From an uncultured archaeon (lineage in GTDB: Archaea; Asgardarchaeota; Thorarchaeia; Thorarchaeales; Thorarchaeaceae): 64,000 nt of DNA. The notes below the pieces were generated by a model. That model did not search any database and was not told the origin of the DNA. It saw nothing but the letters and a program-made list of their open reading frames with translations. Made by a program: the position numbers and the translations under genes. The stretch spans positions 1 through 64,000 of the forward strand of contig CAYYQL010000005.1 of the NCBI GenBank assembly GCA_964473825.1, written 5' to 3'. Shown here piece after piece: positions 59,036-64,000 of this stretch (its first letter is position 1; each line of letters opens with the position of its first letter).

Positions 59036-59563
59036 TTACTCCTTCAGATAGCCCAGTTCTCGTGCCTTTTCAATGATTCTCATGACGGACTCGGCGGGCT
59101 TATCCTTGTGTGTCTCCACCACAAGGTCGGGCTCCAAGGGTTCCTCGTAGGGGTCATCGATCCCGGTGAACTGCTTGATCTCACCGGCCAGCGCTCGCTT
59201 GTACAGCCCCTTCGGGTCACGTTCGATGCAGACATCCAGCGGGGCCTTCACAAAGACCTCCATCATGTTTGGAATCTGCACCTTTGCGTATGCTCGGGTT
59301 TCACGATAGGGAGAGATAAGCGCAACCACAACGATGACACCGTTTCGCGTCAGCAGCTTGGTGCAAAATATCACGCGCTTGTTGTGTTCATTCCTGTCCT
59401 CTTTCGAAAAGCCCAGGTCACTGCTGAGGCCCTTTCGGATCTCATCGCCGTCCATGGTCTCGATGTATCTGTTTCCCTTGAAGTGGTCCACAAGTCCCTT
59501 TGCTATAGTCGTCTTCCCGGAGCCAGAGAGGCCTGTGAGCCAGACGCAGAATCCTTCATCCAT
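59036..59563 (-). CDS. cysC: Adenylyl-sulfate (APS) kinase
   Basis: WLTGLSGSGKTT, DGDEIR, LGFSKEDR, ISPY, RDPKGLY, FTGIDDPYE; start set at ATG 59563. Confidence 0.95.
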   Translation of the reverse strand: MDEGFCVWLTGLSGSGKTTIAKGLVDHFKGNRYIETMDGDEIRKGLSSDLGFSKEDRNEHNKRVIFCTKLLTRNGVIVVVALISPYRETRAYAKVQIPNMMEVFVKAPLDVCIERDPKGLYKRALAGEIKQFTGIDDPYEEPLEPDLVVETHKDKPAESVMRIIEKARELGYLKE

Positions 59564-59591
59564 GTTATCACCGTCAATCATTGTTTGGTTG

Positions 59592-60743
59592 TCACTGTAC
59601 AAATGGTTCATCGAACTCGAGAATCGTCTTGGCAACCTCGGGACGCATCATGTCTGAGGGAGGGGTCTCACCGTTCTGGAGCATCTCACGAATCTTGCGA
59701 CCAGCGAAGATGATCTGGTCCTCAGGACCGTGGGGGCATACCTTGTCGTTCGCGATGCTGTTGCACTTGTTGCAGTAGAAGAACGACTTGAAGGTGATTG
59801 GCATGATGGAGAGATCGGGATACTCCTCGAAGATGTAGTGGGCATCAAATGGCCCGTAGTAGTCGCCGACGCCTGCATGATCTCTTCCCACAATGAAGTG
59901 CGTGCAGCCGAAGTTCTTACGCATGATTGCATGATGGATGGCCTCCTTGGGGCCTCCGTACCTCATCTCCGTGTGGAGCACTGCCATGACTGCGTACTTG
60001 CGCAGGTAGTAGTTCCGCATCAGTGCGTTGTAAGATGTGAGAATGACCTCGTCCTTGAAATCGCCCGGCTTCTTCTTCCCGATGAGGGGGTTGATGAAGA
60101 TGCCATCCACGATGGAGAGAGCCGTCTTCTGAACGTACTCATGACCGAGGTGCGGAGCGTTTCGCGTCTGGAAGGCAACGATGCTTCGCCATCCCTTTTC
60201 CGCAAACAAGATACGGGTCTCCTTCGGATGGAGGGTGTAGTCAGAATAGGGGTTGCCGATGTCGTCAAAGAGGCGGATTCGACCGCCCAGCAGCAAGTCG
60301 TTCATGCCGTTGACCTTCGCGACCCCAGGGTGGGCTGCGTCCTTTGTGCCAAAGACCGACTCCGAGAATCGGGCCTTGTCGTAGTCGTAGATTTCCTCCA
60401 CCTCGAGGGTTGCCACGGGTCGCCCATCATACACGAGACCCAGCATGTCTCCGTGCGTGATTCCCTCGATCTCCTTCTTGCTCACATCGAGAACAATGGG
60501 AATGGTCCAAGGAGTGTCATCAAGAAGACGGCCATGGTCGAGAACGGACTCAAGCTCATTCTCCACCAAGAAGCCCTTCAGCGGACTGAAGACCCCGTAG
60601 GCGATATTGTCTATCTCCTGTGCAATCTCCTTTGATATCTCAAGAACGGGGTACTCGCCCTGCTCGAAGTTCTCCCTGATTCTCTGGGCCTCTTTGTCGC
60701 TCACGCGCCTATCTATGAGCACTCCGCCATGTGGTTGTATCAT
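59592..60743 (-). CDS. sat: Sulfate adenylyltransferase
   Basis: PHGG.L, FSPL.GF, AFQTRN.PH.GHE, MRYGGP.EA..HA..RKNFGCTHFIVGRDHAG. Confidence 0.96.
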   Translation of the reverse strand: MIQPHGGVLIDRRVSDKEAQRIRENFEQGEYPVLEISKEIAQEIDNIAYGVFSPLKGFLVENELESVLDHGRLLDDTPWTIPIVLDVSKKEIEGITHGDMLGLVYDGRPVATLEVEEIYDYDKARFSESVFGTKDAAHPGVAKVNGMNDLLLGGRIRLFDDIGNPYSDYTLHPKETRILFAEKGWRSIVAFQTRNAPHLGHEYVQKTALSIVDGIFINPLIGKKKPGDFKDEVILTSYNALMRNYYLRKYAVMAVLHTEMRYGGPKEAIHHAIMRKNFGCTHFIVGRDHAGVGDYYGPFDAHYIFEEYPDLSIMPITFKSFFYCNKCNSIANDKVCPHGPEDQIIFAGRKIREMLQNGETPPSDMMRPEVAKTILEFDEPFVQ

Positions 60744-60899
60744 GATATCTCATTCCAAGACTGTTGCTCTGTTCGATTCATGTCGTCGCTTAATGTAATA
60801 TAATTAAGCCTTTTGGGTACACGATAGCACGAACTGAAGCGTCTCCCGAAGAGCCGCCAGACGAAATGGCGAATCATCGGAATCAAGGGGTCGAACAGA

Positions 60900-61129
60900 C
60901 CCAAAGACCATGCCCGGTATTCGCAATTCTTGCACCCCATGATGTCTTATCTGATTCTCTTGGTGAGAAGCTTGTTCAAATGGCGAGGTTCAGGAACTAC
61001 AATGTGCATCTCTATGGGGGTTTCGACAGTGCGATGCTTCACAACACTACAGAGTACATTCTCAAAGACATCGACAAGTATCTCAGCGCAGTTCACAAGT
61101 TCATCAGATCCGATAGTAGAACTCAATGA
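60900..61129 (+). pseudogene. Degenerate HEPN/DUF86 toxin C-terminal remnant
   Basis: FAILAPHDVLSDSLGEKLVQMARFRNYNVHLY...DIDKY contains the Rx4HxY HEPN motif; N-terminal half and MNT partner absent. Confidence 0.6.
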
Positions 61130-61204
61130 ACGCCTTGCATAACAGGTATTCCTATGGCCTCTTCACTGACGACCGTCTACGAGAAAACCCAAGCGTAGAT
61201 ACGG

Positions 61205-63616
61205 TCAGTCGAAGAATTCCTCGTAGTCTTCGTATTTGCGCATCTTACGCCCTCGATGAACCATATAGCCCGCACCTATCAACGCAATTCCAATGATGGC
61301 TACGGAGAGAACCATCGGGTCTACGCTACCGAGGATGTCTGAACCTGCAACTCCGTACGAGTCTTCGGAGGTCACGGCCCAGTCCTCGTAGATGTCGCAT
61401 ATGAATGCCTTATACCGCACCACAGTACCCGGGGCTTGAGGAGGAATCTCTGCCACCCAGTAGTCAGCGGTTCGGTTTGCTGTGGAGTTTGTCCAAGAAT
61501 CACCATCATCGGGGGAATATGCAATCACAACTTTCCAGACAAGATTGGGGTGGTTCATACCAACACTCACTACGACCGAGTCTGTTGGCTCAGGGGACTC
61601 GGGAGAGGTGGTCATGGAAACGACCGACAACTCGATGTGATCTGGCCTGGATAATACGTCGAAGAACGACAACAGCACCAGAGGATAGTGGTCCACATTG
61701 CCACTGTTGATCTCATAGGGTGTGTCTCCAATCCCGTCACCGTCCGAATCCACGCCCTCATACTGCGCCCAGTAGTTCCCATGAGTTGAGTTGTCCCATT
61801 GAATATCGGAGCTCAGGAATACCCTCGCTCCAGAATCATCTCCTGTCAAGAATGCATTGAGAGAAATCAGACAATCAGATGATGACTCAAGGGAGATGTC
61901 GTAGGTCTGAGAGCGGTTGACTGCATTTCCACGTACAACAATCTCTCTGCAGCTCTCAAGGTCGATACCGCGCACTGAGACATCATCGATTATGTTCTCC
62001 AGTAATTCTATGTACTCTGTGCTCATGACAGTAATGCCATGGTTTGCTGTTGTTGAGATGTTATTTTTCACGATTTGTGACCCGTCGGACATGTCCAAGG
62101 CGATACCGCTTGCAGCAACATCGGAGATGCGATTTCCATGCACTGTCGTATTGGGGGCTTTGAGAACAAGTATTCCATTGTCGCCGATATGTTGCGCCTG
62201 GTTGTCCATGAATATACAGTCGGAGCTGTTGAAGACACTCAGCCCCTGCCACCCGGCCACATTGAAGAGGTTCTCTCTCACGAGAGCGTGGTCTGAGAAA
62301 TCGTGGATGAGAATACCATCTTCGACCACACCGTTCAACTCGTTATACTCGAAGATGCAGTCCTTCGACTCTTGGGCACGTAACCCAGTCCAGAAAGTGT
62401 CCTCCAAGATGTTACCACTGACGTGGGCACCGTGTGAGTTCTTCTGAATAACGATACCTCCGGTTCTGATCAGAGTGTTGTCTGCTACATACACCCCAGT
62501 AGTTGCCCATACCTCTACCCCATACTCCCTTGTGTCTTCCACGAAGTTTCCCACGATACTTGTATTGCTTGTATGCGTTGTTCGGATTCCGGGGAATGTG
62601 CTGTTGTAAACTCTGTTGTTCGTGATTGACACGTTAGAGCTCCAATTTTCCACGCCGCACGAGGAGGAGTTGGTGATGGTATTGCCGGTGATTGTGGACG
62701 ACTCAGAGTCCTCTATTCTGATGCCGAGTTCATCTGAGAAACTTATGTGATTGCTTTCGACAGTGTTGTTCGGGGCACCTACAAGGCGAATCCCACACCA
62801 TGTGGTCTCCGAGATTGTGTTATTCCGAATTATTGTGTGCGGGTTCTCCGAACAAATTCCGTTCCATCCCGAGTTTCGTATCGTGTTTCCTTCAACTAAC
62901 TGGTTCGTTGCGCCTATGCAGAGCCGGATTCCATCCCACCCCTGACCATCCAGTTCATTATCACGGATCGTGGTGTAGTTTGAGAACTCAACCCGAATTG
63001 CTCCGAGCGCTGTGTCTTCCACGTGATTCTCAACGATTGTCGAGCTCAACGAGTTGTGTTCGTAGATGCCATAGTGACCCGAGTTCGTGATACTGTTGAG
63101 CTGGATGAGTGTGTTTGTGGATGCCGTGTCGCATATCCCATCGGAGTTATCGTGGATGCTGTTGTCGATCACAGCACAGCCGACACAGGAGGCGAGGAAG
63201 ACTCCTGTCTGGTGCATCTCAACGATGCTGCTCCTGACTGTTCCATGGGTGACATTGCTGAAGGAGATGCCATGATTGCTCGATGATGTGGGCGAGCTGA
63301 TCAGGCAATCCCTAATCTCAAAATGAACATCCGTATCACGGATATAGATACATGTCGCGGTATCTGTGATGTTAAGCCCCTCTATGATGTAGGGCTCGCT
63401 TTCAGTCCCACTCCCAGGCCACCCCTGACTCGCGAAATCATCGTTTCCATTGATGGTGATAGGACCATGGGGCGTGTACGTTTCGGCAACATCTGTCTGA
63501 CCTACGCGGTCACTGGAGATATGTGTTCGAGAATCACCAACAGTAGCCACATACTGAGCAGGAAGTACTACAGAGAACAACATGATTACTAGTAGAATAT
63601 GTTTCCAACCACTCAC
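61205..63616 (-). CDS. Surface protein: NosD/PbH1 beta-helix, Ig-like domain, TM anchor
   Basis: Signal peptide after GTG 63616; YTPHGPI.I.GN.DF..QGWPG.GT...PYIIEG cap; GNYW...DSDGDGIGDTPY; C-terminal TM. Confidence 0.88.
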   Translation of the reverse strand: MSGWKHILLVIMLFSVVLPAQYVATVGDSRTHISSDRVGQTDVAETYTPHGPITINGNDDFASQGWPGSGTESEPYIIEGLNITDTATCIYIRDTDVHFEIRDCLISSPTSSSNHGISFSNVTHGTVRSSIVEMHQTGVFLASCVGCAVIDNSIHDNSDGICDTASTNTLIQLNSITNSGHYGIYEHNSLSSTIVENHVEDTALGAIRVEFSNYTTIRDNELDGQGWDGIRLCIGATNQLVEGNTIRNSGWNGICSENPHTIIRNNTISETTWCGIRLVGAPNNTVESNHISFSDELGIRIEDSESSTITGNTITNSSSCGVENWSSNVSITNNRVYNSTFPGIRTTHTSNTSIVGNFVEDTREYGVEVWATTGVYVADNTLIRTGGIVIQKNSHGAHVSGNILEDTFWTGLRAQESKDCIFEYNELNGVVEDGILIHDFSDHALVRENLFNVAGWQGLSVFNSSDCIFMDNQAQHIGDNGILVLKAPNTTVHGNRISDVAASGIALDMSDGSQIVKNNISTTANHGITVMSTEYIELLENIIDDVSVRGIDLESCREIVVRGNAVNRSQTYDISLESSSDCLISLNAFLTGDDSGARVFLSSDIQWDNSTHGNYWAQYEGVDSDGDGIGDTPYEINSGNVDHYPLVLLSFFDVLSRPDHIELSVVSMTTSPESPEPTDSVVVSVGMNHPNLVWKVVIAYSPDDGDSWTNSTANRTADYWVAEIPPQAPGTVVRYKAFICDIYEDWAVTSEDSYGVAGSDILGSVDPMVLSVAIIGIALIGAGYMVHRGRKMRKYEDYEEFFD

Positions 63617-64000
63617 TCTAACCACACAGCAGGTAAGTTGGCAATAGGACAAATATATTTTTCTCCATCCTATCAATGAAATTCTCCATTGTTTAGAGAA
63701 CAAGTAGGGCCTTAGAATAAGGCAAACTGGCCTAGTCTGTGACGAAACTTCATCTTTTGGTGAGAACCTGTTCGCACGCTGAACGAATCCGTTTGTCTTG
63801 GCCCCAATCGGAGGGAACATCGCTCTGCTGTTGATGACTACTAGGTTCGATTAAAGAGGAGAAAGTATATCACGGCCTACCATGAGCCCATCGTATGAAC
63901 CTCCCGTTCAGCTGGCGCCACATATTCAGTTGGATGTACGTTGATAGAGCCAAGAGCTCAGACGTAATCGTCGTGGCGGGAACAGGAAGGAGCGGAACGA

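Noticed and set aside
59730-60635. Long antisense ORFs (e.g. 59730-60635, 51810-52520, 46963-47565, 4315-4914)
   Set aside because: Shadows of well-supported genes on the opposite strand, with no motifs
63617-63820. 68-aa N-terminal extension of the 871-aa ORF
   Set aside because: The signal peptide begins after GTG 63616; the extension looks like non-coding upstream sequence
63841-63860. GGTTCGATT resembling a tRNA T-loop
   Set aside because: No flanking T-stem or cloverleaf
1-64000. CRISPR array, rRNA, integrase, transposase, reverse transcriptase
   Set aside because: No regularly spaced short repeats and no recognisable catalytic motifs in any listed ORF

Overview
Archaeal chromosomal window, most consistent with an Asgard archaeon of the Thorarchaeia type. 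This is inferred from ribosomal eS26, a longin-like protein, a PCI-like membrane protein, a WD40 protein and giant beta-helix/Ig-like surface proteins. About 3-30.5 kb is mostly housekeeping and metabolism: HEPN-MNT toxin-antitoxin (TA) pair, SCP2-ADH-AOR-acetoacetate-decarboxylase-like cluster, eS26, UPF0182, MinD plus longin-HTH, apgM/eno/pyk, an asparagine synthetase A-like gene with Lrp, and stomatin/NfeD. About 30.6-64 kb is an accessory, rearranged region: nonulosonic-acid and glycosylation genes, a 2194-aa surface protein, a PemK/MazF module, a sulfate-activation cluster and many deletion scars. Four items stand out. (1) An uncharacterised four-gene operon at 51.3-56.3 kb encodes a 2-TM Zn-ribbon coiled-coil protein, a coiled-coil protein, a bactofilin/COG4801-like beta-solenoid and a WD40-Zn-ribbon protein. 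(2) A ~100-nt intergenic element occurs twice with structure-preserving substitutions and is a candidate novel ncRNA. (3) Two cargo segments are each bracketed by partial-gene direct repeats with perfectly identical cores. (4) An 18-bp palindrome marks island junctions. No rRNA, tRNA, CRISPR array, integrase, transposase or reverse transcriptase was recognised. All family calls come from reading motifs by eye, not from database searches.
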